Made by a program: the position numbers and the translations under genes. 64,000 nt of DNA from contig JBKBWQ010000001.1 in assembly GCA_046314355.1 (NCBI GenBank), positions 640,001 through 704,000 on the forward strand, read 5' to 3'. Each line of letters starts with the position of its first letter. Within the stretch, counting starts at the first letter, position 1. This stretch comes from Candidatus Altimarinota bacterium (GTDB lineage Bacteria > Patescibacteriota > Gracilibacteria > 1-14-2-50-48-13). Of the stretch, positions 10,346 to 20,492 are shown piece by piece. The notes below the pieces were generated by a model that searched no databases, was not told the origin of the DNA, and saw only the letters and a program-made list of their open reading frames with translations.

Positions 10346-10517
10346 GAGAAGTGAAAAAGTAATTAAGTAAGAAAGTAAGAAAGTAATTGGGGCTCATGAT
10401 TGGGCTCTTATCATTGGACTCAATAATTGAGCTCAGTTACTAGCGCCCAATTATTGAGTCTAATTACCGAGCTGCAATTTCATAATTACCAATTACTCCC
10501 TTACTCAATTACTTAAC
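10346..10517. repeat. Nested inverted-repeat element made of 8-mer and ~13-mer degenerate units
   Basis: Period-8 AAGTAA(G/T) run on the left with mirror TTACT run on the right; perfect 13-bp arms GACTCAATAATTG (10417-10429) / CAATTATTGAGTC (10448-10460). Confidence 0.65.
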
Positions 10518-10559
10518 AAAAAAAGCACCACCGCATTTCTGCAGTAGTGCTTTCTTTTT
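10518..10559 (-). terminator. Terminator after rpsG
   Basis: AAAGCACCACCGCA-tttc-TGCAGTAGTGCTTT stem (G-U pairs on the minus strand) with A/T tracts. Confidence 0.75.
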
Positions 10560-10565
10560 ACGGAA

Positions 10566-11030
10566 TCATCCGAATCTTGCGAGGTGAGCAAATGTCTTAT
10601 TTGCTTCAGCCATTCTATGTACATCGTCTTTCTTCTTGATAGCTGGACCTGTATTCTCAGCACTTTCTATAAGTACCTGAGCGAGTCTTTTTGGGAAAGT
10701 ACTTCCCTTCATAGCTCGTACAGCTCCGAGAATCCATCGGCATGCGAGAGCAACCTGTCTCTTTGGCTTTACTTCAACCGGTACCTGGTATACACCTTCA
10801 CCGATTCTTTTTGGACGTACCTCCATAGATGGGATAACGTTCTCAAGTGCCTGTTCAAAGACTTTAAGAGGCTCTTTTTTTCCTGTCTTCTGAATCTCTT
10901 CCATTGTTTCGTCAAAGAGTCTTCGTGCAAGGCTCTTCTTTCCTTCTTTCATTATATAGTTGATGAACTTCTCCTGAAGGGGGGTTGTATAGGAGAGCAT
11001 CCGTGTTTTAAATAGATCTACTACTGCCAT
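10566..11030 (-). CDS. rpsG: 30S ribosomal protein S7
   Basis: KFINYIMKEGKKSLA, YQVPVEV, HRMAEANKTFAH. Confidence 0.97.
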   Translation of the reverse strand: MAVVDLFKTRMLSYTTPLQEKFINYIMKEGKKSLARRLFDETMEEIQKTGKKEPLKVFEQALENVIPSMEVRPKRIGEGVYQVPVEVKPKRQVALACRWILGAVRAMKGSTFPKRLAQVLIESAENTGPAIKKKDDVHRMAEANKTFAHLARFG

Positions 11031-11061
11031 GTGAATGAATAATTAAGGTAATCAGAAAAAA

Positions 11062-11475
11062 TTATTTCTTCTTTGCTCCATAGAGACTTCGGGACTGTTT
11101 TCGGTCCTGAACTCCCTGTGTATCAAGAACTCCTCGTACAATATGATATCGTACACCTGGAAGGTCCTTTACACGTCCTCCTCGGATCATCACTACGGAA
11201 TGCTCCTGAAGATTGTGTCCTTCACCAGGGATATACGCGATAACTTCAAAACCATTATTAAGTCGAACCTTTGCAATCTTTCGAAGAGCTGAGTTTGGCT
11301 TCTTAGGAGTAGTTGTAGTAACCTTCGTACATACACCTCGTTTCTGAGGGCATCCTTTTCGAAGAATTTTGGATTTTACCTTAATGGTATTCATTACAGA
11401 CTGCAATGCAGGAGACTTTGATTTCTTCTGCTTGGACTTTCGTGGTTTTCTTACCAATTGGTTAATCGTTGGCAC
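11062..11475 (-). CDS. rpsL: 30S ribosomal protein S12 (GTG start at 11475)
   Basis: [29 protein letters not shown]. Confidence 0.97.
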   Translation of the reverse strand: MPTINQLVRKPRKSKQKKSKSPALQSVMNTIKVKSKILRKGCPQKRGVCTKVTTTTPKKPNSALRKIAKVRLNNGFEVIAYIPGEGHNLQEHSVVMIRGGRVKDLPGVRYHIVRGVLDTQGVQDRKQSRSLYGAKKK

Positions 11476-11640
11476 GGTACAAGTAAGTAATAAGTAAATA
11501 TACAATAATATCGTATTAATCTGCTTGCCTTCAGCTTTTCATGGCTTAGGGCAGGTAGGCGGTCCTTTGAAACAACTCTTATGAGACTCACTCTCATGTT
11601 ACTTCACACAAATTTCCTGCCTACCTACAATATGCACTCC

Positions 11641-14600
11641 TTAGGTGTTTGTCAATGAGTTTTTTCGGTAGAAATGCTCTCCAGTCGGGATTGGTTTACC
11701 GATGATTACATTCTCCTTAAGTCCCTTAAGAAGGTCTACCATTCTCTTCACTGAAGCCTCAACTAGGATACGGATAGTCTCCTGGAATGATGCTGCTGAA
11801 AGCCATGACTCAGTATAAGTTGCAACCTTCGTAAGTCCGAAGAGAAGTCTCTCATATTCTGCAGCTCTCTTTCCTTCTAGGATTACTCCTCTATTGAGCT
11901 TATCAAGTCTTCCAAGGTTGATGATTTCACCTGGAAGAAGTCCTGTATCTCCTGACTCAACAATCTTTACCTTAGAGAACATCTGCTTCACTACAATCTC
12001 AAGATGCTTATCATTGATACTCTGTCCCTGAGATGTATAGATAGTCTGAACGTCATCGATAATGTACTCCTGTGTAGGCTGTACTCCTCGAAGTTCAAGA
12101 TTCTTTCGAAGATCAAGATGTCCTTCAGAAATCTTCTCTCCAGTCATAATTCTCTGACCATCCTTGATCACAAGAATAAATCGAGATGGGATCTTATACT
12201 CCTTCACAGCAAAGTCAGTATGTCGGATACCTACAGTATGGTCCCCAAGTACCTCAACCTTACCTCCAAGTCTTGCTTTGATCACATTCTTATCTACCTG
12301 TGATCTTGCAATAACCTGTCCTGCTTTTACTAGTTCATCCTTCTTTACTGCAGGTTTGAACATAGAGAGATGGTACATGTCGAGAGCAAGCTCATCGGCA
12401 GTAATGACAACCTCCGTATAGTCTTTCTTCTGTGTAAGTGCAACTATTCCTGAAATCTCAGTAATAAATGCTGGTGTCTTTGGAGAACGTGCCTCAAAGA
12501 GCTCTTCAACTCGGTTAAGACCAAGTGTAACGTCAGCACCACCCGCAACTCCTCCCGTATGGAAGGTTCGCATTGTAAGCTGTGTACCTGGCTCTCCGAT
12601 ACTCTGCGCTGCAATAACTCCAACCGCAGTTCCAATCTCTACGACCTTGTTTGATCCAAGATCAAATCCGTAACATTTTCGGCATACTCCGTTTTCTGTA
12701 TGACAAGTAATTACTGAACGGATAGAAATGTTATCTACATCTCTTTCCTCAAGTACCTTCTGAAGTTTGTAGTCCACAGGAGATCCTGTCTCTGCAAGTA
12801 CCTCTCCTGTTTTACTTTCAATCAATGGCTCAGCGAGAAGTCTTCCGAAGAGCTTTGTCTCGATAAGATCTGAAAGTCTACCATTAACTGGCTTAGGAAT
12901 AACTCGGAACTCTTCAGTCCCACAGTCTTCTTCTTTGATAAGAATATCCTGTGTAGAGTCAACGAGACGTCGAGTAAGATATCCGGCATTCGCTGTCTTA
13001 AGAGCGGTATCGGCCTTACCTTTTCGTCCTGAATGGGCTGCGATAAAGAACTCCAAGATTGAGAATCCTTCAGTAAAGTTTGACCTTACTGGAAGCTCAA
13101 TAATCTTACCTGATGGAGATACAACTGATCCCTTCATTCCTGAGATCTGAGAAAGGTTATCAATATTACCTCGGGCTCCAGAGCGGATCATGTATGTTAC
13201 ATGATTGTACTCATCAAGCTTCGCTGCAACCAACGCCGTAATCTGCTTCTTTACATCAAGCCATTTCTGTACTACATGCTGGTATCTTTCTTTCTGAGAA
13301 AGGAATCCCTTATAATGAAGATTTACGATCTTTCGTACCTCTTCCTCAGTATCACTAAGCATCTTATACTTCTCTATTGGAGTCACCATGTCTCTATATC
13401 CCATGCTGAGACCAGAGTATGTAGCGTATTTGAATCCAAGTTTCTTAAGTCCGTCACAAAGATGAGCAGTTTCTTCCTCACCTACAGTGTTAAGACAAAG
13501 CATTACAAGTTTTTCAATCTCCTTCTTATTCATCGGGATATTGATAAATCGTAGCTGCTCTGGAAGAATCTCGTTGAAAAGGATTCGTCCAATAGTAGTC
13601 TCAATAATCTTACCATTAATACGTACATCGATCATCTGCTGAAGTTTTACTACTCCAAGCTCGTATGCTCGAAGTGCTTCATGAATATCGTAGAATCTGC
13701 TGAGAGATTTCTCAATTCGTGCATCAACCTTTGTAAGATAGTAGTATCCAAGGATCATATCCTTCGTAGGAGTTGTTACCGGGCTACCTCCTGCTGGCTT
13801 CAAAAGATTCTTTACAGAAGATATTACATTCTTAGCCTCATTCTGAGCTCTGTCAGAGAGAGGAAGATGTACAGCCATCTGGTCTCCGTCAAAGTCGGCG
13901 TTGAAGGCTGTACATACGAGAGGATGAACTCGAATAGCTTTTCCGTCGATAAGTACTGGCTGGAATGCCTGAATACCAAGTCGGTGAAGAGTTGGAGCTC
14001 GGTTCAAAAGAACATATCTGTCATGAGTAATATACTCAAGGATATCCCATACCTCTTTCTTGTTAGATGCGATTACTCGCTCTGCATTCTTGAGGTTATA
14101 TGCGAGACCTGTTCGGATAAGCTCTCCGATAACGAAAGGCTTAAAGAGTTTAAGTGCCATTTCCTTTGGAAGTCCGCACTGATGAAGAAGAAGTTCAGGA
14201 CCTACTACGATTACAGAACGTCCAGAGTAGTCTACTCGTTTTCCAAGAAGGTTCTGTCGGAATCGTCCCTGCTTACCCTTAAGCATGTCAGAGAGAGATC
14301 GAAGTTTTCTTCTTTCATTAACGTTGAATGTAGTCTTTCCCTGTCGTGCATCAGAATTCAAAAGTGCATCTACCGCTTCCTGAAGCATTCGCTTCTCATT
14401 TCGGCAGATAACCTCTGGTGCGTTGATTTCAAGAAGTCTTTTAAGACGGTTGTTTCGGTTGATTACTCTTCGATAAAGATCGTTAAGATCAGATGCAGCA
14501 AAACGTCCTCCATCGAGCTGTACCATTGGTCGAAGATCTGGTGGGATAACTGGAAGTACAGTTAAGATCATCCACTCAGGGCGAACATTAGCAGTCTTGA

Positions 14601-15456
14601 TACTTGAAGCAAGCTTCAATCTCTTGATAATTTTCTTCTGCTTCTGTCCTGAAGTCTTTGTAAGTTCTACTTTTCGCTCTTCAATAAATTCATCAAGATC
14701 AATCTTTTCTACAATATATCTAAGAGCCTCAGCTCCGATACCAGCCTTGAACACATGTCCAAACTGCATAGAAAGTTCTCGGTACTCCATCTCAGATGCG
14801 ATCTGTCCAACCTTAAGTTTTTTAAGATCGTCCTTAGATTTAGTATAGTTTTCTTTAAGCTCATCTATCTTTGCTGCATATTCAGCATCGACTTCAGCAG
14901 TATCAAGCTTTTCAGCCTTTGCCTTTGTAACAGCAAGCTGATGCTCCTGCTTCATCTGAGCTGTTAAGCTCTTGTTTTCCTCGTCTAGCTCAAGAGAAGC
15001 TTTCTCTCTCTGCTCTTCATCAAGATCAGTAATGATATAGGCAGCAAAGTATACTACCTGCTCAAGCTGTTTCACTGGAAGATTGAGGAGAAGACCTATT
15101 CGGCTTGGAGTAGATCTAAGATACCAGATGTGAGTAACTGGAACTGCGAGTTTGATATGAGCCATTCGCTCTCGTCGCACGATACTTCTTGTAACCTCAA
15201 CTCCACATTTTTCACAAACTACACCTTCGTACCGTACTCTTTTATATTTTCCACAGTAACACTGCCAGTTCTTTGTAGGACCGAAGATTTTTTCACAGAA
15301 GAGTCCACCTCTTTCCGGTTTTTGAGTTCGGTAGTTGATGGTCTCTGGTTTTACAACCTCTCCGTATGACCAGGACATGATATCATCCGGTGACGCCACC
15401 GCCACGGAGATTGCTTCAAAGTCCGTTATTTTACTATTCTTTGTAACCTGAGGCAT
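11641..15456 (-). CDS. rpoC: RNA polymerase beta' subunit
   Basis: NADFDGDQM catalytic motif; CYCGKYK...CEKC zinc finger; GEPGTQLTMRTFH. Confidence 0.99.
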   Translation of the reverse strand: MPQVTKNSKITDFEAISVAVASPDDIMSWSYGEVVKPETINYRTQKPERGGLFCEKIFGPTKNWQCYCGKYKRVRYEGVVCEKCGVEVTRSIVRRERMAHIKLAVPVTHIWYLRSTPSRIGLLLNLPVKQLEQVVYFAAYIITDLDEEQREKASLELDEENKSLTAQMKQEHQLAVTKAKAEKLDTAEVDAEYAAKIDELKENYTKSKDDLKKLKVGQIASEMEYRELSMQFGHVFKAGIGAEALRYIVEKIDLDEFIEERKVELTKTSGQKQKKIIKRLKLASSIKTANVRPEWMILTVLPVIPPDLRPMVQLDGGRFAASDLNDLYRRVINRNNRLKRLLEINAPEVICRNEKRMLQEAVDALLNSDARQGKTTFNVNERRKLRSLSDMLKGKQGRFRQNLLGKRVDYSGRSVIVVGPELLLHQCGLPKEMALKLFKPFVIGELIRTGLAYNLKNAERVIASNKKEVWDILEYITHDRYVLLNRAPTLHRLGIQAFQPVLIDGKAIRVHPLVCTAFNADFDGDQMAVHLPLSDRAQNEAKNVISSVKNLLKPAGGSPVTTPTKDMILGYYYLTKVDARIEKSLSRFYDIHEALRAYELGVVKLQQMIDVRINGKIIETTIGRILFNEILPEQLRFINIPMNKKEIEKLVMLCLNTVGEEETAHLCDGLKKLGFKYATYSGLSMGYRDMVTPIEKYKMLSDTEEEVRKIVNLHYKGFLSQKERYQHVVQKWLDVKKQITALVAAKLDEYNHVTYMIRSGARGNIDNLSQISGMKGSVVSPSGKIIELPVRSNFTEGFSILEFFIAAHSGRKGKADTALKTANAGYLTRRLVDSTQDILIKEEDCGTEEFRVIPKPVNGRLSDLIETKLFGRLLAEPLIESKTGEVLAETGSPVDYKLQKVLEERDVDNISIRSVITCHTENGVCRKCYGFDLGSNKVVEIGTAVGVIAAQSIGEPGTQLTMRTFHTGGVAGGADVTLGLNRVEELFEARSPKTPAFITEISGIVALTQKKDYTEVVITADELALDMYHLSMFKPAVKKDELVKAGQVIARSQVDKNVIKARLGGKVEVLGDHTVGIRHTDFAVKEYKIPSRFILVIKDGQRIMTGEKISEGHLDLRKNLELRGVQPTQEYIIDDVQTIYTSQGQSINDKHLEIVVKQMFSKVKIVESGDTGLLPGEIINLGRLDKLNRGVILEGKRAAEYERLLFGLTKVATYTESWLSAASFQETIRILVEASVKRMVDLLKGLKENVIIGKPIPTGEHFYRKNSLTNT

Positions 15457-15511
15457 ATGTAAATAATTTGTAATTAAAGTATTTTTACACGGGATTACTT
15501 TCCCCTTTACA

Positions 15512-15544
15512 CCCCTCGTCGCTCCTGGATGGAGCTATGAGGGG
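15512..15544. repeat. GC-rich REP-like hairpin between rpoB and rpoC
   Basis: CCCCTCGTCGCTCC-tggat-GGAGCTATGAGGGG. Confidence 0.5.
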
Positions 15545-15562
15545 CGAGTAACCGCTTTGCGA

Positions 15563-18500
15563 TTACTCGTCATCATCTGCCATTGCATCTTCAAATGTCA
15601 TAATCTGACCAAGCTGATCTATCTCCTCCTGAGTGAGAAGGTCTACTCGAAGACCAAGACTCTGTAACTCCTTCACCAATACATTAAATGATGCTGGGAT
15701 ATTTGGATTTCTAATTGGCTCACCCTTCACGATTGACTCATAAGCCTTTGCTCGTCCTAACACGTCATCTGACTTAATAGTAAGCATTTCCTGAAGAGTA
15801 TATGCTGCTCCGTATGCCTCGAGAGCCCAAACTTCCATCTCTCCGAAACGCTGTCCTCCGTGCTGAGCTTTACCTCCGAGCGGCTGCTGCGTAACAAGAG
15901 AGTAAGGTCCGACACTTCGTGCATGGATCTTGTCCTCAACGAGATGATGAAGTTTCATCATATATGTAATACCAACAGTAGTGATTTCTTTGAATGCCTC
16001 ACCTGTGAGTCCATCATAGAGCTGCGCTTTACCGCTAGCAGGAAGTCCTGCCTGCTCAAGGATTGACTGGATCTGGTCATTTGTAATACCGTTCAAGACT
16101 GGAGTTGCAACCTTGATACCGAGTTTCTTTGCTGCCCATCCAAGATGAACCTCAAGAAGCTGTCCAATGTTCATTCGAGAGAATACTCCAAGCGGATTCA
16201 AGATGATATCCACTGGCGTTCCGTCTGCAAGATACGGCATGTTTTCTATTGCAACGATGTTTGAGATAACACCTTTATTTCCGTGTCGTCCCGCCATCTT
16301 ATCTCCTACTTCTATCTTTCTCCATTGAGCAACAAAGACTTTAATCTGCTTGAGTACTCCTGTAGGAAGATCATCTCCTGCCTGTCTTGTAAGGATATGT
16401 ACAGCTACAACCTTTCCTCCTTCTCCTCCTGGAAGTCTGAGAGATGTATCTTTTACATCCTTTGCCTTTTCTCCGAAGATCGCCTGAAGAAGTCTTTCTT
16501 CTGCAGTGATTTCAGTCTCACCCTTTGGAGTAATCTTACCGACAAGGATATCTCCTTCTTTGATAGTTGCTCCGATTCGAACGATACCGTCTTCATCAAG
16601 ATCCTTAAGCTTCGCATCTCCTACATTTGGAATATCACGAGTGATAATTTCAGCTCCAAGCTTAGTATCATGTACATCTATTGAGAAGTCCTCGATATGA
16701 ATAGAACTAAAGAGATCATTTTCAAATACTCTCTTTGAAACGATAATCGCATCCTCATAGTTGTATCCGAACCATGGCATATATGCCACAAGCAGGTTTC
16801 GTCCAAGAGAAAGTTCTCCATGGTCGATAGCAGATCCGTCTACAAGTACGTCTCCCTTCTTAAGTTTCTGTCCCTTGAATACCACAGGCTTCTGATGAAG
16901 AACTGTAGACTGGTTGGAACGTGTAAATGTCTCAAGGAAATAAGTCTTTTTCTTTCCGCTCTTATACATAGCTACAACCTTAGTTGCATCTACATTCATA
17001 ACTTCTCCATCTTCCTCTGCTTCGATCACATATCCTGACTTTCGTCCGATCACACGCTCCATACCTGTACCTACTACTGGAGCTTCTGCTCTAAGAGGCG
17101 GTACAACCTGTCGCTGCATGATAGATCCCATGTTTAGACGTGTCGCGTCATCATGTTCCGCAAATGGAATAAGTGCAGTTGTAACTGATACGATCTGTCT
17201 TGGAGAAATATCGATATGCGTAATATCATTTCTATGCATAAGATTCGGATCTGCATTATGTCTTGCAGGAACTCGCTTATCTACAAAGTTTCCATGAACA
17301 TCAAGGAGAGAACTTGCCTGCGCTATATAGAGTCTCTCTTCTTCTTCCGCATCAAAGTATTTTACATCTTCTGTTATATATGGATGTACAAAGATTTCCT
17401 TATCCTTTGATTCTTTCTTTATCTTAGCTGCTGCTGCCTCATCAATAAGAGTATCTTCAGCAACAATGACCTTCCCTTTTGCATCTACGATATCTCGTCG
17501 TGCTCTTCGGTTGATAAGTGCTACTCCATCATTTGCAGCTGTCTGATTGACACCTCTATATGGAGTCTCGATGAATCCGTATTTATTTACCCGTGCATAT
17601 GTCGCAAGATGTACCACAAGTCCGATATTTGGACCTTCTGGCGTAGCAATCGGACAGATACGTCCATAATGTGATGTATGTACGTCTCGTACTTCAAAAC
17701 TTGCTCTCTCTCTTGAAAGACCTCCTGGTCCCATGGCAGAGATACGTCTCTTATGCTCAAGCTCTGAAAGAGGGTTCGTCTGGTCCATAAACTGTGAAAG
17801 CTGTGAACTCGTGAAGAACTCCTTGAGAGAAGCTGTAAGTGGTCGAGAGTTGATAAGCTGTGTTGGAGTAACTGCCTCAAGATCCATCATAGAAAGACGG
17901 TCTCGTACAATTCGCTCAGTTCGGAGAAGTCCGATTCGGAACTTGTTCTGGACAAGCTCACCCACAGATCGAACACGTCGATTGGAAAGATGGTCGATAT
18001 CATCTGGTCGTGCATCTCCTTTGTTTAGGAGAAGAACATGACGGATAACACGCACAAGGTCTTCCTTCATTAGGATTCTATTTTCTTTATCAAAAGGAAG
18101 ATCCACCTGGAATTTCTTATTGATCTTATATCTAGCTACTACTCCCATGTCATACTTACGGAAGTCAAAGAACATACTCTCGATAAGTGCCCGAGCATTC
18201 TCAGCAGTCGCAAGATCACCTGGTCGGATTCTCTTATAGATAAGCTGGCATGCTTCAGCCTGCGTTTTTGCAGGATCTTTCTCAAGAGTTCTAAGGATAG
18301 CATCGTCCTCAAGGGAGAGTTCCATGTCCTTAAATAGAGAAATAATCTCCTTATCTTCCTTATATCCAAAAGCTCGGAGAAGTGCAGTAATAGGGATCTT
18401 TCTTTTTCGGTCAATTTTTACACTCATGAGACCTTTCTTATCAGTCTCTATTTCAAGCCATGCTCCTCTTTTTGGAATTACCTTCGCATTAAAGAGACCT

Positions 18501-19048
18501 GGCGCTGCAGGATTTTCAACAAAGAACACACCCTGTGATCGAACGATCTGGTTAACTACAACTCGCTCAATACCGTTGATAATAAAGGTACCTCGCTCAG
18601 TCATAAGTGGAATACCTCCAAGGAAGATATCCTGCTCTTTAATTTCTCCTGTCTCCTTGTTCACCATCTGTACGTGAACTTTAAGGGCAGCCTCATAGTT
18701 CAAGTTTTTAAGCTTTACTTCCTTCACTGTATAGCGAGGTCGCTCAAGCTCATAGTCCTTGAAATATAATTCTATTTTCTTTCCTGAAACGTCTGAAATA
18801 GGAGATACTTCATCAAGAAGCTCTCGAATTCCCTCTTCAAGGAACCATCTATATGAATCAGTCTGTACTTCTAAAAGATCTGGATATGGATAATCCTCTT
18901 TATCTTGTGTATAATAGTTTCTTCCATCAAGAACAGAAGTCGGCTTTGCCTCTGGCATCATCTGTACTTCATCTTTTTTCTTCGCTTTCGGTGCTTCTGC
19001 TACTTCTGCAGGCACGGCTTTCTTTGCTTTTGCAGGCTTATTTGGCAT
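15563..19048 (-). CDS. rpoB: RNA polymerase beta subunit (start likely MPNKP at 19048)
   Basis: GTFIINGIERV, SQFMDQTNPL, GDKMAGRHGNKG, GGQRFGEME. Confidence 0.99.
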   Translation of the reverse strand: MPNKPAKAKKAVPAEVAEAPKAKKKDEVQMMPEAKPTSVLDGRNYYTQDKEDYPYPDLLEVQTDSYRWFLEEGIRELLDEVSPISDVSGKKIELYFKDYELERPRYTVKEVKLKNLNYEAALKVHVQMVNKETGEIKEQDIFLGGIPLMTERGTFIINGIERVVVNQIVRSQGVFFVENPAAPGLFNAKVIPKRGAWLEIETDKKGLMSVKIDRKRKIPITALLRAFGYKEDKEIISLFKDMELSLEDDAILRTLEKDPAKTQAEACQLIYKRIRPGDLATAENARALIESMFFDFRKYDMGVVARYKINKKFQVDLPFDKENRILMKEDLVRVIRHVLLLNKGDARPDDIDHLSNRRVRSVGELVQNKFRIGLLRTERIVRDRLSMMDLEAVTPTQLINSRPLTASLKEFFTSSQLSQFMDQTNPLSELEHKRRISAMGPGGLSRERASFEVRDVHTSHYGRICPIATPEGPNIGLVVHLATYARVNKYGFIETPYRGVNQTAANDGVALINRRARRDIVDAKGKVIVAEDTLIDEAAAAKIKKESKDKEIFVHPYITEDVKYFDAEEEERLYIAQASSLLDVHGNFVDKRVPARHNADPNLMHRNDITHIDISPRQIVSVTTALIPFAEHDDATRLNMGSIMQRQVVPPLRAEAPVVGTGMERVIGRKSGYVIEAEEDGEVMNVDATKVVAMYKSGKKKTYFLETFTRSNQSTVLHQKPVVFKGQKLKKGDVLVDGSAIDHGELSLGRNLLVAYMPWFGYNYEDAIIVSKRVFENDLFSSIHIEDFSIDVHDTKLGAEIITRDIPNVGDAKLKDLDEDGIVRIGATIKEGDILVGKITPKGETEITAEERLLQAIFGEKAKDVKDTSLRLPGGEGGKVVAVHILTRQAGDDLPTGVLKQIKVFVAQWRKIEVGDKMAGRHGNKGVISNIVAIENMPYLADGTPVDIILNPLGVFSRMNIGQLLEVHLGWAAKKLGIKVATPVLNGITNDQIQSILEQAGLPASGKAQLYDGLTGEAFKEITTVGITYMMKLHHLVEDKIHARSVGPYSLVTQQPLGGKAQHGGQRFGEMEVWALEAYGAAYTLQEMLTIKSDDVLGRAKAYESIVKGEPIRNPNIPASFNVLVKELQSLGLRVDLLTQEEIDQLGQIMTFEDAMADDDE

Positions 19049-19216
19049 ACGCGTGTAAAGATGGTAAATAAAAAAGTACATGCTTTTTTGCAATACTCCC
19101 CTGTTTTGCAAGAGAATATTTACGTCTTGAGCGAACGTTTTACCAATCAGTACACACTCGTTATATGATTGCTCAAGAACTTATTGTAGTTGTTGTTTCA
19201 GATGAAACAGCAGTGA

Positions 19217-19420
19217 TTACATCGCTGCCTTTCTCTGAAGTTTTGCAAGAGTACGGATTGCTCGCGTACTAAGAGTTACTCGGATCTTAGTCCCAGTGAA
19301 AGGATCCATGATCCACTTCTTCTGAAGATTAGCTCCGAAAGTTCTCCTTGTTTTGCGGTTGGAATGACTGACATTGTTTCCAAAAGTCGTCTTCTTTCCT
19401 GTAAGAGCACATTTAGCCAT
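19217..19420 (-). CDS. rpmB: 50S ribosomal protein L28
   Basis: CALTGK..FGNNVSHSNRKTRRTF.ANLQ. Confidence 0.95.
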   Translation of the reverse strand: MAKCALTGKKTTFGNNVSHSNRKTRRTFGANLQKKWIMDPFTGTKIRVTLSTRAIRTLAKLQRKAAM

Positions 19421-19549
19421 AGAAATTCAAGTTTACAAAACCCTGACTAGGAATATAATAGTAGCGATACTTCTGGCTTTTACCTTAAGAACGCTATTTG
19501 TAATAGTAGTGATTTTTAATCTGGTTGCAAGCTCATTTTCATTTTTATC

Positions 19550-20182
19550 ATGGACTTCTCACAACTGTTTTTGTCTTTTGTAAATATTCTAACCCTCCTA
19601 CTAGCAATCGTACTTGGAATCACGGTCCATGAAGCTGCTCATGCTTGGGTAGCAAACAAACTTGGAGATCCTACAGCAAAACTTGAAGGAAGAATTTCTC
19701 TTAATCCCCTCGCACATCTAGATCCTATAGGAACTATCAGTCTGCTTGTCATGCATATGGGATGGGGAAAGTCAGTGCCTTATAACCCAAATAACTTTAA
19801 ACATCCAGTACGGGATGCCATACTTACTGCCCTAGCAGGTCCTGCCGCAAATCTTCTCTTGGCAATGATTCTAATCATTCCCCTCAAACATCTTGTCTCT
19901 CCAGATCATATCATTGCGGTAATACTTGCAGGTATCATTGAGATCAATATCGTTCTTATGGTTTTTAACCTTCTTCCGATACCACCGCTGGATGGCTCAA
20001 AGCTGCTTTTGATTATTTTTTCAAAGGATAAATTTAAGGATCTTCAGCAGTATGCATATATTCCCTCTCTCGTATTTATTGGACTGATCGGTGTAGAGGC
20101 AATCTTTGGAATACCTCTTCTGTCTCGCGTATTAGGTCCCATAGTCTCATTGATATATATTTCCCTCTTTCAAATAAGCTAA
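19550..20182 (+). CDS. Site-2 protease family (M50) metallopeptidase
   Basis: HEAAH; LAGPAAN; FNLLPIPPLDG. Confidence 0.92.
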   Translation: MDFSQLFLSFVNILTLLLAIVLGITVHEAAHAWVANKLGDPTAKLEGRISLNPLAHLDPIGTISLLVMHMGWGKSVPYNPNNFKHPVRDAILTALAGPAANLLLAMILIIPLKHLVSPDHIIAVILAGIIEINIVLMVFNLLPIPPLDGSKLLLIIFSKDKFKDLQQYAYIPSLVFIGLIGVEAIFGIPLLSRVLGPIVSLIYISLFQIS

Positions 20183-20260
20183 TAATCTCAAAAAAACTCT
20201 TGCAATTACTGCTCCATTTCTCTATATTGCAACTACTGTAATTTTGAACATCACATATTT

Positions 20261-20425
20261 ATGCCGGCAATTAACCTAGTATGGCACTGTACTGAGTGCA
20301 ACAGAATCAATCGAGCAAGCCGAATCGGAGCTAAAGCTGAAAAGAAGATTTCTCGAAAAGTTTTCTGCAATCAGTGCAGAAAGCATAACCTTCATAATAC
20401 AAAGGTACCTAAGGGAAAGAAATAA
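20261..20425 (+). CDS. rpmG: 50S ribosomal protein L33, Zn-ribbon form (54 aa, absent from ORF track)
   Basis: Translated by hand: MPAINLVWHCTECNRINRASRIGAKAEKKISRKVFCNQCRKHNLHNTKVPKGKK; CxxC...FCxxCRKH..H; own promoter-like TTGCAA-17-TATATT and terminator. Confidence 0.85.
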   Translation: MPAINLVWHCTECNRINRASRIGAKAEKKISRKVFCNQCRKHNLHNTKVPKGKK

Positions 20426-20438
20426 CATCTCTTGATGT

Positions 20439-20481
20439 TCAAATAAAAAACACCGCGTCAAACGCGGTGTTTTTTATTTGA
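20439..20481. terminator. Bidirectional terminator
   Basis: TCAAATAAAAAACACCGCGT-caa-ACGCGGTGTTTTTTATTTGA. Confidence 0.9.
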
Positions 20482-20492
20482 ATTCCCACTCA

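Noticed and set aside
10384-10478. CRISPR array
   Set aside because: Units are 13-14 nt, contiguous and degenerate, with no unique spacers and no cas genes; no CRISPR array seen anywhere in the window
11641-19111. Many short overlapping ORFs in rpoB/rpoC (e.g. 13681..14565) and in the ATPase genes
   Set aside because: Antisense or alternative-frame shadows of conserved genes
20228-20242. Zur box upstream of rpmG (TGCAACTACTGTAA)
   Set aside because: Only a half-site matches, and this L33 is the Cys-containing form, not the zinc-starvation paralog
20276-20461. 63-codon-scale minus-strand ORF
   Set aside because: Shadow of rpmG on the plus strand
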